A DNA stretch of 64,000 nt from a virus (taxonomy: Duplodnaviria > Heunggongvirae > Uroviricota > Caudoviricetes): the IMG/VR virus record IMGVR_UViG_2974586480_000001; one strand, written 5' to 3'. Positions 1 to 10,671 of this stretch are shown one piece after another. Every line of letters begins with the position of its first letter. Within the stretch, counting starts at the first letter, position 1. The notes under the pieces are model-generated. The model worked only from the letters and a program-made list of their open reading frames with translations. It had not been told where the DNA came from and made no database searches. The position numbers and the translations under genes are program-made.

Positions 1-519
1 ATCAAGAACAGCATTTTGTGTATCAACATGCGTGCTTAGGTTGGTAATCCTCTCTGCTAAAGCAGCATCCTCTGCAATCATAACCCTCTCAAGTTCTTGT
101 ATTGCAGCTGTTGTGTCACCAGAACTTACCTCAAGTTTTTCTATACGCTCTTTTACAGTAGCTGAAGCCCAGTCTTCAACTAATCTATAAGATAATGTTG
201 ACTTATCGTAGATAAGTTTCTGGAAGCTTCTCCAGACTTTACCATCAAAACTGTAATCGTTGTCGTTAGGTGTTTCAACATCCCACCAAGAGTTCTCATA
301 ATTGGCATCTGGATAGGCTCCGCTGGAGGGGTTCCACTTACCTTTATAGATCGAATTCTCTTTAGTAGCTACAGTTTCATCTGTTTTATAGAAAGCTTTT
401 GATATTTCACCAAGTTCCCTGTCAACACTCATCTTCATCATTTCTGGGGATTCGGTATCTATAAAACCAGGTTTGTAAGCATTCCCAGGAACCTTTCCAA
501 AATTTCTACTTGTACTCAT
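1..519 (-). CDS. Partial (N-terminal part) tail-fibre-like structural protein. The gene continues beyond the window start.
   Basis: Minus-strand ORF that opens at ATG 519..517, preceded by a GGAGG RBS, and is still open at position 1. It contains 'KGKWNPSSGAYPDANYENSWWDV', which parallels 'RGTWNPNSGAWPNPNGTNSVWDV' in the 1224-aa fibre. Confidence 0.5.
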   Translation of the reverse strand, partial: MSTSRNFGKVPGNAYKPGFIDTESPEMMKMSVDRELGEISKAFYKTDETVATKENSIYKGKWNPSSGAYPDANYENSWWDVETPNDNDYSFDGKVWRSFQKLIYDKSTLSYRLVEDWASATVKERIEKLEVSSGDTTAAIQELERVMIAEDAALAERITNLSTHVDTQNAVLD

Positions 520-549
520 GTACCCTCCTAAGAAAGGGGCCGAAGCCCC

Positions 550-1758
550 TTATTTACCAACCTTCTCATAGTCAACCATAAGTTTCCCAGACATTTGATC
601 TCGCTTGACGGCGTCTGGGTTTTTCTTTGCTACATCCTGAGCAAGAACACCTTCAGCCTTTCCTTTAAGACCAAGTTTCTTCTCAGCAGCGTCATTCCAC
701 TCCCACTTATAAGTTGTATCCTTACCCTTCTTCCCAGTCTTCTTAACCTTCTTCTTCAAAGAAGCATCAGACCAGCCCATAGAGCCCATCCCTTGCATAA
801 TACCACCAGCAGTAGAACCAAGGCCTAGCATTTGGTTGAACATACTTTGTTTACCTCCGGTTGAAGTCCCAGTTTGTGTACCTGATCCACCCATTCCACC
901 GATTGGGCCAACAACACCAAGTAATTTACTTAACTGATCCCACCCAGCTCCCTGCTGTCCAACCTTGTTAAACCAATCAACATCAGCCTGACCTTGTGCT
1001 TGGTTTTGTAGTATACCAGCACCTTGAAGTTGGTTTTGTAAAGCTTGGTTGTATATACTCCCAAGACCAGATTGAAGCTGACCAGAGCCAAGTCCGAGTT
1101 GACCAGCATTCTGACCACCTTGCATTTGGGTTGCAACGTTACCACCAGCAATTGTCATGGCTTTATTCATGGCATCTTGTATAGCTTGGTTTTGAATAGC
1201 AGCACTTCCTGAAGAAATAGCATCAGCAGCTTTACCCTTAGCAACACCTTCTGCTACCCCTGCACGAGAACTACCCATACTCCCAGCACCAACAGCCTGT
1301 TGGTTTACACCTTGAATTTCACCCTTCAGTTGCTCTCTGACATTTTTACCTAACTGATCAACTTGTGATTGAACCATATCACCTTGATAAAGTGATTTAG
1401 CTAAGTCGTTAATTTGATCTGATGAGATATTTAGTTTACCAGATGCTGCATCTTTAGCAGTATTTGCACCAACACCAATACCACCTAAACCTTCTTGTGA
1501 AGCTTGAGTTAGATTACCAGCCAACTGTTTAAAGTCTGATGATGAAATCATATCTTTAACAGCAGTTTGCATCTCCGGTGTTAAGTCTGCAAGTTTCTTG
1601 TCAATGAACTCTGCATTAATACCGCCTTGTGAATCAAAAAGTTTATCTGCGTTAGCAAGAATATCTTTTAGATATGGGATAGCTGTTTCCCAAGGTTTTG
1701 ACTCACTGGTACTTGTCTGTGAAGAGGAACTGCTCCCACCTCCAAATAGTTTTCCCAT
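550..1758 (-). CDS. Gly/Gln/Ala/Ser-rich low-complexity virion protein. Possibly an internal/ejection or tail protein.
   Basis: 402-aa ORF within the structural operon. It has a low-complexity Q/G/A-rich core and a Lys-rich C-terminus. Confidence 0.4.
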   Translation of the reverse strand: MGKLFGGGSSSSSQTSTSESKPWETAIPYLKDILANADKLFDSQGGINAEFIDKKLADLTPEMQTAVKDMISSSDFKQLAGNLTQASQEGLGGIGVGANTAKDAASGKLNISSDQINDLAKSLYQGDMVQSQVDQLGKNVREQLKGEIQGVNQQAVGAGSMGSSRAGVAEGVAKGKAADAISSGSAAIQNQAIQDAMNKAMTIAGGNVATQMQGGQNAGQLGLGSGQLQSGLGSIYNQALQNQLQGAGILQNQAQGQADVDWFNKVGQQGAGWDQLSKLLGVVGPIGGMGGSGTQTGTSTGGKQSMFNQMLGLGSTAGGIMQGMGSMGWSDASLKKKVKKTGKKGKDTTYKWEWNDAAEKKLGLKGKAEGVLAQDVAKKNPDAVKRDQMSGKLMVDYEKVGK

Positions 1759-1762
1759 AATG

Positions 1763-2209
1763 TCACTCCTTAATATACTCTAAATGATAGAGGTCGTATA
1801 GTGTACCATTTTTGGAAACAATACCATCCTCTCTGAAAAATTGTTTAAAGCCAATCATACGAAGAGCCCTAACAATATATGAAAAATCACCAGTAACTGT
1901 TGTATAAATTCTCTCGAACCCACAACCCTCAGTTAAATACCGTCTAAAAGCTCGTAGGATCGCCATAGAGCGATTTCTATTGCAGACAGGTATAAAGGCA
2001 TGGGTTTCAACAGAACTTCCCACAGGCTCGTACAGGAAGAATCCTAAGGCCTCCCCTGATCCAAGTGTTACGGATATCAAAGGTATTCGTTCCAGTTCAG
2101 TTAAAACCTCCTCAAGATTTACATCATCCGTCAGAAGAGGTGTTACCACCTCCTCCAAATCAATGTCACCTTTAAGCTCTGAAAGGGTTGTTTTCCTAAA
2201 AGTATACAT
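1763..2209 (-). CDS. hypothetical structural-module protein
   Basis: 148-aa ORF tightly packed between structural genes. Its stop overlaps the next start. Confidence 0.35.
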   Translation of the reverse strand: MYTFRKTTLSELKGDIDLEEVVTPLLTDDVNLEEVLTELERIPLISVTLGSGEALGFFLYEPVGSSVETHAFIPVCNRNRSMAILRAFRRYLTEGCGFERIYTTVTGDFSYIVRALRMIGFKQFFREDGIVSKNGTLYDLYHLEYIKE

Positions 2210-3915
2210 TACCTCAGTCCTTCTTGTATAAAATCTATATCATAACCAGTGAATGACCATGTACCACCAGATGAATCTACGAATTTAATAGCTGGGTATC
2301 TGTTGTTAGACCACGAATCAACCTTAACATCCTCTTCTATATTATAAACTTGATAACCATCCCAAGTTGGTGGGTTAGTCGAGTTCTCTGACCCTCCATA
2401 AAACACAAAAACCTCACCAGTTCCTGAGAATTGTGGAATTATGTGTCGTACCATTTTATAACGTCTTGTAGATTCAACAGCTTCATCCATGTCTAAGTGG
2501 GTTCTAACAAGTTCAGCAACAACTGGCCTTGGTTTATTTGTCTTTGTAACACTGTCATAGTCAGTGAACTCAGTACCTGTGTCTAATAAGTACAAACACT
2601 TGTCTTTACTTGCACAATAAATAACCCTTCTGATGAAATCCTTTCCGTATTCCTCCCACTGAACCTCTGCCCACTTGTCTGCATCCCACAAATCCTCACA
2701 TCCAGGTGGAATGATACTGTCGTCTGGAGGATTAGCCTCAGTACCGCACAATTGATCCCAACTCAGCGTACCAGTCTCGGGAGGAGGGGCCATATTAATA
2801 TCGTAGACTTGAGGTAGATCATAGAACGACCAAGTATCATACTCCCAGTTCCATACAGCAGCTTTGTTACAAGACCAGCCAGTTTTATCAGCACCTAAAG
2901 AACCAGTGCCAGCATAAGTTATCCAAATCTCTTTTCTTGAGGTATTTGAAAACACTTGAGTAGCTTGAGAGTTTATACCTGAAATTTCATTTATTAAAAA
3001 TTCTTTTAATCTCCCAGAAGCAACAGGTTTTCTAGAGGATCCATTGTGAATAAAGATGTCATCCTGTGCAACAACAAAGTGCTGACCTTCGAACTCTGCT
3101 ACACAATTTGGGGCTAATAGTCCAGAATCACTGAATAACTTTCTGAAGTTAAAGATAAACACACCACCTACATAATCCATTAAATAGGTATCTTTATCTG
3201 TATAGACCACAAAGCTATCCCTTAATGGGTGACCGTCTACAATTTTCCCAATTGAATCGGTTAGGTCGTTGAAACCACCATCTCTTTTGTCATCATCTTC
3301 AACCCAATCTGGTGGAAGTTCATTAACAAAAGATACATTAGACCACCTAACTCGTTGTGGAAGTTCAACTCCATTCTCAACCATATCTAATGCGATTAGG
3401 TAGTTTCTGAAAGCCCTGATCCTTCCACATCTCCAAGTCTTCTGAACACCATCCTTAGAAGGAACTCCCCAACCTGGAAGATTAACAAAGTAGTCATCTG
3501 TTGGCCTTAATCCCTGTGGATTATCCCCCTTATAGTTCATGATGATTGAATTAGAAAGAGATGTGTAGTACCACCGGTCTTCGGGGGATGCACCATACAC
3601 ATAAAAATCTTCTTGGCCTGGCGTCGAACTTAAATTCCGACTAATTTTGAAGTGAGAAATACCATCAACTTTGTAAATAGAGGTTGGTGTACCATAAATT
3701 ATTGAATTGGTATTGCTTTTCTGAAAAACACACAAAGGTGTTTCATCTGGCATATTCGTTGTTAAGACGGGGAGTGTACCCCCCATCTTTTCAATTCTTC
3801 CACCTACAAATCTTACATTGTTGGAAGTAGACCATGCCTCTGGTGGGAGTTCGAAAGGCGGTAAATCTTTTATAGTACCCACCTTACCAATCCCCCTAAC
3901 TCTAAACGTTGGCAT
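2209..3915 (-). CDS. putative tail or baseplate structural protein
   Basis: 568-aa ORF in the tail-fibre neighbourhood with no recognisable enzymatic motif. Confidence 0.4.
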   Translation of the reverse strand: MPTFRVRGIGKVGTIKDLPPFELPPEAWSTSNNVRFVGGRIEKMGGTLPVLTTNMPDETPLCVFQKSNTNSIIYGTPTSIYKVDGISHFKISRNLSSTPGQEDFYVYGASPEDRWYYTSLSNSIIMNYKGDNPQGLRPTDDYFVNLPGWGVPSKDGVQKTWRCGRIRAFRNYLIALDMVENGVELPQRVRWSNVSFVNELPPDWVEDDDKRDGGFNDLTDSIGKIVDGHPLRDSFVVYTDKDTYLMDYVGGVFIFNFRKLFSDSGLLAPNCVAEFEGQHFVVAQDDIFIHNGSSRKPVASGRLKEFLINEISGINSQATQVFSNTSRKEIWITYAGTGSLGADKTGWSCNKAAVWNWEYDTWSFYDLPQVYDINMAPPPETGTLSWDQLCGTEANPPDDSIIPPGCEDLWDADKWAEVQWEEYGKDFIRRVIYCASKDKCLYLLDTGTEFTDYDSVTKTNKPRPVVAELVRTHLDMDEAVESTRRYKMVRHIIPQFSGTGEVFVFYGGSENSTNPPTWDGYQVYNIEEDVKVDSWSNNRYPAIKFVDSSGGTWSFTGYDIDFIQEGLR

Positions 3916-3924
3916 AAAACCTCC

Positions 3925-4800
3925 TTATGCAGTTCTTTTCCACATACTGACACCGATATATGGATTTTGTGTATTGAAACCAATACCACCACCAGTTCCA
4001 ACAGTATTACCTTGGACTTTGTGGGTATGACCTGGAACAGTGTTTGTCCAAGCAGTTCCAACATCCTCACCATATTTGTGATGTTCATATGAGAATAACT
4101 CGTCATGGGCGGCCGCTTTTCCAAAAGGTTGTGAAGATGAAGCCCTTATTGCAACGCCACCATCGTGCTTGTGATCACCACCAGCTACTGTATCTAAATT
4201 CAACTGGTGAGTATGCTGAGGTAAGTTGTCAATAGTTAGAACAGTTGAGTACATACCACCTGTACCATTATTTACAAATGTCTTAGACTCGCTACGACCA
4301 TCCACACCAGTTCCAGTACCGATGGGGACTCTACCTTGTCCAAACTTCTCCCAAGTACCAAATCCAAGAATCACGGAGGGGTTTCGATCATCTACAGTGA
4401 AATAGATTGAATTGATAGGCCATGTTACATTATAAATAGAGGTTGTTAAATCTTTAATAAACTTCCATGAAACCGCATCACCATCCGCAGTTGGAGTGGC
4501 TAATCCAGTTAACTTTTTACCGTTAACGTTTATAGAACCGTCTACACGCATAGCCCCTTTCAGGATAACAGTATCAGTTTCAAATCCAATATTCTTATCG
4601 AAGTTATTCATTGAGTCTGCTGTTATTGTTAAAGCTTTGTTAAAACCTGGGAGTGTATTCTTCAGAACTTTTTTAACTAACCTGATATGATCATCACCCT
4701 CTTTGATCAAGTCATTTTTTCGAGGGAACTGATCATTCAGCTCTGGTATAAAATTTACATTACTTTCTACTGACATAGCCAGATCCTCCATTGTCTTCAA
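3925..4800 (-). CDS. tail fibre / tail-collar-domain-like protein
   Basis: 291 aa. The C-terminal part is Gly-rich with repeated HxH motifs (HTHQ, DHKHD, EHHKYG, GHTHK) typical of phage tail-collar fibre domains. Confidence 0.45.
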   Translation of the reverse strand: MKTMEDLAMSVESNVNFIPELNDQFPRKNDLIKEGDDHIRLVKKVLKNTLPGFNKALTITADSMNNFDKNIGFETDTVILKGAMRVDGSINVNGKKLTGLATPTADGDAVSWKFIKDLTTSIYNVTWPINSIYFTVDDRNPSVILGFGTWEKFGQGRVPIGTGTGVDGRSESKTFVNNGTGGMYSTVLTIDNLPQHTHQLNLDTVAGGDHKHDGGVAIRASSSQPFGKAAAHDELFSYEHHKYGEDVGTAWTNTVPGHTHKVQGNTVGTGGGIGFNTQNPYIGVSMWKRTA

Positions 4801-5050
4801 TACGGTCTGACAGCTTATCTAAAGCCTTCTCTACCGTGGCTAGTGCTTGATTGTTTAAGGCGACTTGCTTATCAAGCTTTTGAACAAGTTCTACCATTGT
4901 CTCTTGTTGAATAACAAACTGCTCTTGCCTTTTCTGACGATCCTTTAAAACCTCCACATCTGTGTATAGTTTAAAAGATGCCGCCGTAAGAGAAACAGCA
5001 AGAGCAGAAGATACACCAAGTAACCAGTTTTGAAATGTATTTTGTGGCAT
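4760..5050 (-). CDS. small membrane-anchored coiled-coil protein
   Basis: ATG at 5050 preceded by a GGAGGAGGAG RBS. An N-terminal hydrophobic helix is followed by a coiled coil. Confidence 0.4.
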   Translation of the reverse strand: MPQNTFQNWLLGVSSALAVSLTAASFKLYTDVEVLKDRQKRQEQFVIQQETMVELVQKLDKQVALNNQALATVEKALDKLSDRIEDNGGSGYVSRK

Positions 5051-5106
5051 CTCCTCCTCCTGTCTCACTAATTACCCCTCTGTGTTAACCTCTCATTGAA
5101 GCGGGA

Positions 5107-8100
5107 TTATACCTTTGGTTGATTCTCGTAATTACTAATTATTGCCTCTAACTTCTCCACCCTTTCAAGTAACTCTTGGTTAGCTTTCAGTGACAGTGAT
5201 AGAAGGTTCACCATGTCCAAGGTTTTAACAGGGTTTACTGGTTTACCATCCTTATCAAAAGTGCTTACTTGAGATGTGTATTGTGGATTTATTTCTTCAA
5301 TATCTTGAGCTATTACACCAATATCTACATGACCTTTTTCAGTATCTTTCCAATCATAAGATTTGAATTGAATCTTAGAAACTTCAGAAAGTGCCGATTT
5401 ATTAGATTTTGTAATATTTGTTTTTAAGTTAGCATCAGATTTAGCAGCAAAAGATGCTGTACACCAGTTAATCATGGTGTCATAACTTCCAAATACTGTT
5501 CCATGAAGTGTACCATTACCATCCATAGACCAACCAGTTGGGGCAATTAAAGTAGAATCATTTCTCAAAATCCAATACTTAGTGTACCCCGCACCATCAG
5601 TCATTGACAGCGCATGAGAAGTGAAGTCTGGATTATTAGAACAAAACATCCCATATGTAGCTTCCAACCCCCATTGTGAAGGTATAGAAGTATATCCACC
5701 AACAATAGAACGGAATGCACCATTTCCAACTGAAATACCTTCAGCATAAAGTGGTGTTTGACCAACGCCCGTCCATGCACGGTTTGCAGCTACGTAGTTA
5801 GCACGGAATCTGCCGGCAGCTGTGAAGAATCCATCAGAATCTGATCCACCATACCCCTTAGCTTCCCCACCTGCCCCATTACTCTGACAGAACCTGATAG
5901 TAGAAGTGCCCTGTGGCTTATATACCATCACAGCAAACTTTCCAGGTTCATGAAGTTCCAAAGAAGGGTTTCCTAAGTTCCTTACTTGATGATATTGACT
6001 TTCAGAACCACCATTTACAACAAGGCTGTTCATGTTAACAACACCATCTGACTTAACCCAGAATGGTTGGCTATTCCACACACCATTTATATACTTATTA
6101 ATACCAAGAGCCCCAGTAGATGGCTCTACCCCAACACCCCATGTTATACCATCTAAGGTAGTAGTAGGACTGAATTTAAGACCACCAGAGGATCCTACTC
6201 TAATATCATTAGTTGCTAGGCGTTTGTAACTAAGTATTTCGTTAACACCAAACTCCACAACCTTAGATGCACTAGCCTCGCCATGGGCTTGAGCACTAAT
6301 GTAAGGGGCACCACCTTCAGGTGTCTCTAATGCAAGCCAGTTTGTACTAGCCCTGTTTCTAGCAATTAATCCAACTTTTGAGTAAACTGATCCTTGTGTG
6401 GAGAGTGTTCCATCAGAGTTAAGTTGCATTACATTATTTTCACCATTAAGCCCTTGGTTCCATACAAGTGAGTTACCTTGAGCAAATGTGTGATACATAA
6501 CATTGGATTGATCTTGGAATGAGATAGATCTTTGATCATTAACTTTTATAGCGCTTTTCATATTAGCTACGATAAGTGAGCCAGTTAATGTTCCACCACT
6601 TATATTTAACTTCCCACTTAATGCAGAGTTAATTTCAGTAGTAGTCATTGTCCCAACATCAGCAGCAGTTGGTTTAAAAGCCGTATTATAATCCCGTTCC
6701 CAGTTAGTCCATGCACCAGCATTGTACTGCCCCCTTGACCACACTTCAGATGAGTTGTAAACAAAGTATCTTTGTGTTGGCCCGGCGGCAACTGTAACCA
6801 TCAAGGTTCCAGCTTTTTGCACAGGGTAATGGTTAGCAACAGTCGCTTTAGCGTTTGCGGGTTGACTGTAGAAACCAGATGTCTTCATGTTATCGAGGTC
6901 ATCAGTATCCTTCAAAGGGGTAATTGAAGGTAGAGCACCTGCAACCAAACTTTTAACATAATCAACTCTAGTCAACGCATTATTAACCGGATCCTGAGCA
7001 GCGTTCTGGTAAAAATTTTCACCTATAGCATTTCCGGTGTTTATTGTAAATTTCTTACCACCATGGGTGAATTCAGAACCGATATTCTTATTCATGTGTA
7101 GGATTACGCTATCAACAGTTGATCCATCTGTTTTTCTAGATCTAGATGAAAGGTACAAACCACCCTCGTACTCCCCAGCTACAGCTGTATTCTGTACGTT
7201 ACCAACCACACGAGCTAGTGAATCCCCAGAGTGTGGATCATATCTGTTTGCTGACCCAGCTCTGAAAGATAGTTCACCAACGGTGTATGAAACACCCACT
7301 GCTAGTGTGTCTCGGTATTTCTCTTTAGTAAGAGCTGTGTATGGATAATTTCCGTCATCCGCTGTTAAGCTATTGTGTCTGATGATACCACTTCTGTAAG
7401 TATTAACAGAATCCCAAACACCAGACGTAAACCATGGGCTCCAACCATCTGTGGCATTTGTCCAAGCACGAGTCACCTCTCTTGGTTCTGGAATACCTGA
7501 AATGGTTTGAGTGTATGTAAACTTCTGGATGGTCATGTTATCAAACGTACGTTGTTTGACTTCCATCAGACCGGTGTGAGATGAAGCAGTTCCTTGGTTA
7601 TCTACCCCATTCGCCCAACTACCCTCTACGGTGTAAACCCCAGTGGTTTTAGCTAAGTTAAAATCACGAACGTTACCTGTAGTTGTTAAAAGGTTAGGAC
7701 TTGTCCCAACACCAGTAGCCATACCACCTGTGTCTGGTTTGTTTGTACTATCGTACATTAACTTCCAGCTACTCCAAGCTCCACCTGACCAACGACGAGT
7801 ATATGTTTTATTATCGTTTGAAAAATATTCAACATACACGGGAGAGGTTGCAAGATTCTGGTAACGGTACATAAAACCTGTACCAGTTTGCCCATCTGGT
7901 AAGTTTAGTGTTGTACTGCTCCCTCGGATAGTCCCCATCTTACCACCATTCCAAGTGGTAGGGTTTGTATCCATGTCAGTGACCGTGAAAGCTTCTACTT
8001 CCCCAATACCAAATCCAGCAGGAGCTGCTCCAACATCTTCATTAGAGAGTGTTACAAACCCAGCCTTACCGTTTACAGATAGTACACCTATTCCAGATTC

Positions 8101-8781
8101 GATTTGCTGGTAAGTGGAAGTATCCTTCAGATAAAGAAGTCGATCACCCCAAACCCACTTGATGTTATTCCAAATTACTTCAATTTGACCTTCATTTAAT
8201 ACAACATCCCATACAGAGTTTGTCCCATTAGGGTTTGGCCATGCACCACTGTTAGGGTTCCATGTACCACGGTAAACCTGACCTTTAGCAAGCTCTTCTG
8301 CAATATCTTTTGTTGCTTGGTAATAAGCATTGGTTTCATTACGCATTGTCGTTACATCAATTACGGCCTGATTGACAATTGCAACAGAAGAATCAATGCT
8401 TATTTTAATTGTATCAATTTGAGATTTAACTAAATCAACATGATCTTTATCATTAGTAACTTGTTGTGCCATGTTTGTCATAATGACAAGTGTTGCATCC
8501 ATTTGATCAAGAGCTTCTTGAATCTTAGGATACTTGGCAATAAAGTCCGCGTACATAACACGGACTTCTAATGTCATCTGCTTGATTTGATCTAACTCAA
8601 GCATCATTTCTTGAGCAGAAGCTTCCAAAATAACAACTTGCTCGAACAATGTTTGGATCTGGTTAAGGTAGTCTTGGATTAGAGTAATACCAGCTACATC
8701 TTCATTAGTCCAACCATATTGAGTTACGTTGATATTTTCTTGAGACTCTGAAACACCATCCCCGTATAAACCAACACTCAT
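5107..8781 (-). CDS. tail fibre/tailspike with a C-terminal intramolecular chaperone (peptidase S74-like) domain
   Basis: 1224 aa with a strong RBS (GAGGAGGGAGAGG). The C-terminus 'SYDWKDTEKGHVDIGVIAQDIEEINPQY...LLSLSLKANQELLERVEKLEA' resembles the autocleaving chaperone tail of endosialidase/T5 pb1-type fibres. The N-terminal WNPxSGAWP motif is shared with the ORF at 1..519. Confidence 0.65.
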   Translation of the reverse strand: MSVGLYGDGVSESQENINVTQYGWTNEDVAGITLIQDYLNQIQTLFEQVVILEASAQEMMLELDQIKQMTLEVRVMYADFIAKYPKIQEALDQMDATLVIMTNMAQQVTNDKDHVDLVKSQIDTIKISIDSSVAIVNQAVIDVTTMRNETNAYYQATKDIAEELAKGQVYRGTWNPNSGAWPNPNGTNSVWDVVLNEGQIEVIWNNIKWVWGDRLLYLKDTSTYQQIESGIGVLSVNGKAGFVTLSNEDVGAAPAGFGIGEVEAFTVTDMDTNPTTWNGGKMGTIRGSSTTLNLPDGQTGTGFMYRYQNLATSPVYVEYFSNDNKTYTRRWSGGAWSSWKLMYDSTNKPDTGGMATGVGTSPNLLTTTGNVRDFNLAKTTGVYTVEGSWANGVDNQGTASSHTGLMEVKQRTFDNMTIQKFTYTQTISGIPEPREVTRAWTNATDGWSPWFTSGVWDSVNTYRSGIIRHNSLTADDGNYPYTALTKEKYRDTLAVGVSYTVGELSFRAGSANRYDPHSGDSLARVVGNVQNTAVAGEYEGGLYLSSRSRKTDGSTVDSVILHMNKNIGSEFTHGGKKFTINTGNAIGENFYQNAAQDPVNNALTRVDYVKSLVAGALPSITPLKDTDDLDNMKTSGFYSQPANAKATVANHYPVQKAGTLMVTVAAGPTQRYFVYNSSEVWSRGQYNAGAWTNWERDYNTAFKPTAADVGTMTTTEINSALSGKLNISGGTLTGSLIVANMKSAIKVNDQRSISFQDQSNVMYHTFAQGNSLVWNQGLNGENNVMQLNSDGTLSTQGSVYSKVGLIARNRASTNWLALETPEGGAPYISAQAHGEASASKVVEFGVNEILSYKRLATNDIRVGSSGGLKFSPTTTLDGITWGVGVEPSTGALGINKYINGVWNSQPFWVKSDGVVNMNSLVVNGGSESQYHQVRNLGNPSLELHEPGKFAVMVYKPQGTSTIRFCQSNGAGGEAKGYGGSDSDGFFTAAGRFRANYVAANRAWTGVGQTPLYAEGISVGNGAFRSIVGGYTSIPSQWGLEATYGMFCSNNPDFTSHALSMTDGAGYTKYWILRNDSTLIAPTGWSMDGNGTLHGTVFGSYDTMINWCTASFAAKSDANLKTNITKSNKSALSEVSKIQFKSYDWKDTEKGHVDIGVIAQDIEEINPQYTSQVSTFDKDGKPVNPVKTLDMVNLLSLSLKANQELLERVEKLEAIISNYENQPKV

Positions 8782-9413
8782 ACCTCTCCCTCCTCAAACA
8801 TTCTAACAACCAGAGTAGAACCATGCCACTCAGCCTCATCAAGTTGAGCATTAACATCATTGGCAGCATCAACAGCTTTTTGTGCCCAATAAACTTCTTG
8901 CTCATTATCACGCAAGAAAATTGATGCATGTCTCAATGCGAGATACAACATAACATCCGGTGCGATTATCAACGAGTATGGACAATCCGTTTCTACTTTC
9001 ATCTCTGGAATATCTCTGTTATAGATTACTTCAATTTGATCATTCTCTTGAAGTGTTGGGTAAGTGTACATTTTACTTCCAATTCTTGTGAAGTAATAAG
9101 GCTTCCCATCCTCACCCATATTCTCTTTTTTAAGTCTAGTAAATGTTTCTACATCAACCCTTGTGACTGCAAAACCATTCACTGTAAAATGTTTTACGCT
9201 CAGGAAATCATTCGGGATCTCCACCCATTCAGAGTCTTTGACAATGGTGCGTACAAAACGTGTTTCATAATATGGCAATCTCACCAAACGGGTGAACTGC
9301 TTCTCTGCAAAATTAATAAACATGGGGATATTATCAACTGTAGCACTGTCCTTTCTGTTTAACCATTTTTGGACGGCCACTTTTAAATCCCCATAGTTTG
9401 AGATCTCATTCAT
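8778..9413 (-). CDS. hypothetical virion/tail-associated protein
   Basis: 211-aa ORF whose stop overlaps the start of the fibre gene (ATGA). Confidence 0.4.
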   Translation of the reverse strand: MNEISNYGDLKVAVQKWLNRKDSATVDNIPMFINFAEKQFTRLVRLPYYETRFVRTIVKDSEWVEIPNDFLSVKHFTVNGFAVTRVDVETFTRLKKENMGEDGKPYYFTRIGSKMYTYPTLQENDQIEVIYNRDIPEMKVETDCPYSLIIAPDVMLYLALRHASIFLRDNEQEVYWAQKAVDAANDVNAQLDEAEWHGSTLVVRMFEEGEV

Positions 9414-9477
9414 GGTTAACTCCTTTCGTGTAACGTTACGATTATGTTAAAGTCTAAAAAAATGGTTTTCATTACGT

Positions 9478-9506
9478 GTAAAAAAGGCCACCCTAAGGCA
9501 GCCTTT
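9478..9506 (-). terminator. rho-independent terminator (minus strand)
   Basis: The minus-strand reading is AGGCTGCC-TTAGGGT-GGTGGCCT followed by TTTTTTT, directly after the stop of the 66-aa gene. Confidence 0.5.
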
Positions 9507-9511
9507 GTTAT

Positions 9512-9712
9512 TTACTTAGTTTTACCATCTTCATACACTTGTTTAATCTTCTGAACCCACTCATCATCATGAGGTGTTACAGTCGATTTTGCAATAGCTT
9601 CAGCAATCTTAAAGAATGCCCATTCAATCATAAGCTCAGATGCAAGTGTGGTTAGGAGTTTGACACCAAAGCTCATTACAGCTTTGATAAAAAGTCCAAT
9701 AATAAATTGCAT
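9512..9712 (-). CDS. small membrane protein
   Basis: 66-aa ORF with a hydrophobic segment, followed by a terminator. Confidence 0.35.
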   Translation of the reverse strand: MQFIIGLFIKAVMSFGVKLLTTLASELMIEWAFFKIAEAIAKSTVTPHDDEWVQKIKQVYEDGKTK

Positions 9713-9720
9713 AAAACCTC

Positions 9721-10284
9721 CTACTGCTCTGCTATTAATCTGACCCTTGTAATAGTAAAATCCCTATCCAAGGCTGTGAGAGAAACCGTTGCTCCGTTAG
9801 TTACAAACAACCCATTCTTATCAACACTGATTAGTGAGGTAAAGTTAAAGATGTCTGGTGCAGAATAATTATCTCTTCCATTTATATACTTCTCAACAAT
9901 ACCACCTGTAAAATCAACCTCTAAACTGCCAGAATTTGATGTGATTGGCCCTGAGAAAGAACCTTCAATTACAAGTTTCCAAAACAACGTCCGATCATCA
10001 TTAACACCAGCTACCATTTTATTTGCAGTTGTATCAAACATTGGTGCAAACGTACCATTAGTCTGAGGCGTAGCTTTTAGTAATGTTACTAGATTATACA
10101 CCGTTCCATTAGTGAGGGGTATGTTCACGCCTACCCAGTTCATTTCAGATTTAATTCTAGTTGTCTTTGTAATTAAAGTGCTTAGATTTGTTGTATTCTG
10201 ATTTACCTGTGTAATTGTTGGGTTTAATTTCAATGTTCTAACATCAAACATTGAATCACCATTATTAATTGTTGGTATGGACAT
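9721..10284 (-). CDS. hypothetical structural protein
   Basis: 187-aa ORF in the head-tail joining region, closely packed with neighbouring genes. Confidence 0.4.
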   Translation of the reverse strand: MSIPTINNGDSMFDVRTLKLNPTITQVNQNTTNLSTLITKTTRIKSEMNWVGVNIPLTNGTVYNLVTLLKATPQTNGTFAPMFDTTANKMVAGVNDDRTLFWKLVIEGSFSGPITSNSGSLEVDFTGGIVEKYINGRDNYSAPDIFNFTSLISVDKNGLFVTNGATVSLTALDRDFTITRVRLIAEQ

Positions 10285-10286
10285 AA

Positions 10287-10664
10287 TTACCCCGCTATCT
10301 CGTTAGTGTCTGTCCAGTTATTAGAATCCACCCAAACGGATTCACCATACCCAGGTTGTGGGATATGAGAACCCTCTACATATCCCAGGCACTCCCACCA
10401 AGGTATGTTTATAGGGGTGAAGGGTATACTTGTCATCTCAGGTTGATTAACATATTGGCTATAGTGAGCGAATATTTTATCTCTCCAAGAATTTGTGTAA
10501 CCATATTGAATTAGGTTCCAGTTAGCATTCTGTAAATCTTTAGAGAAAGCCATAATAGCCTTAGCTTTATTACATTTATGCTTAGATGCCCAGAACCTTT
10601 TGGCTTCCTCTGTTTTTATAGGATAATTCAATATAGTTAAATCTGTTGGTACATCTACAGCCAT
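10287..10664 (-). CDS. hypothetical structural protein
   Basis: 125-aa ORF downstream of the capsid gene. Confidence 0.4.
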   Translation of the reverse strand: MAVDVPTDLTILNYPIKTEEAKRFWASKHKCNKAKAIMAFSKDLQNANWNLIQYGYTNSWRDKIFAHYSQYVNQPEMTSIPFTPINIPWWECLGYVEGSHIPQPGYGESVWVDSNNWTDTNEIAG

Positions 10665-10671
10665 AAAACCT

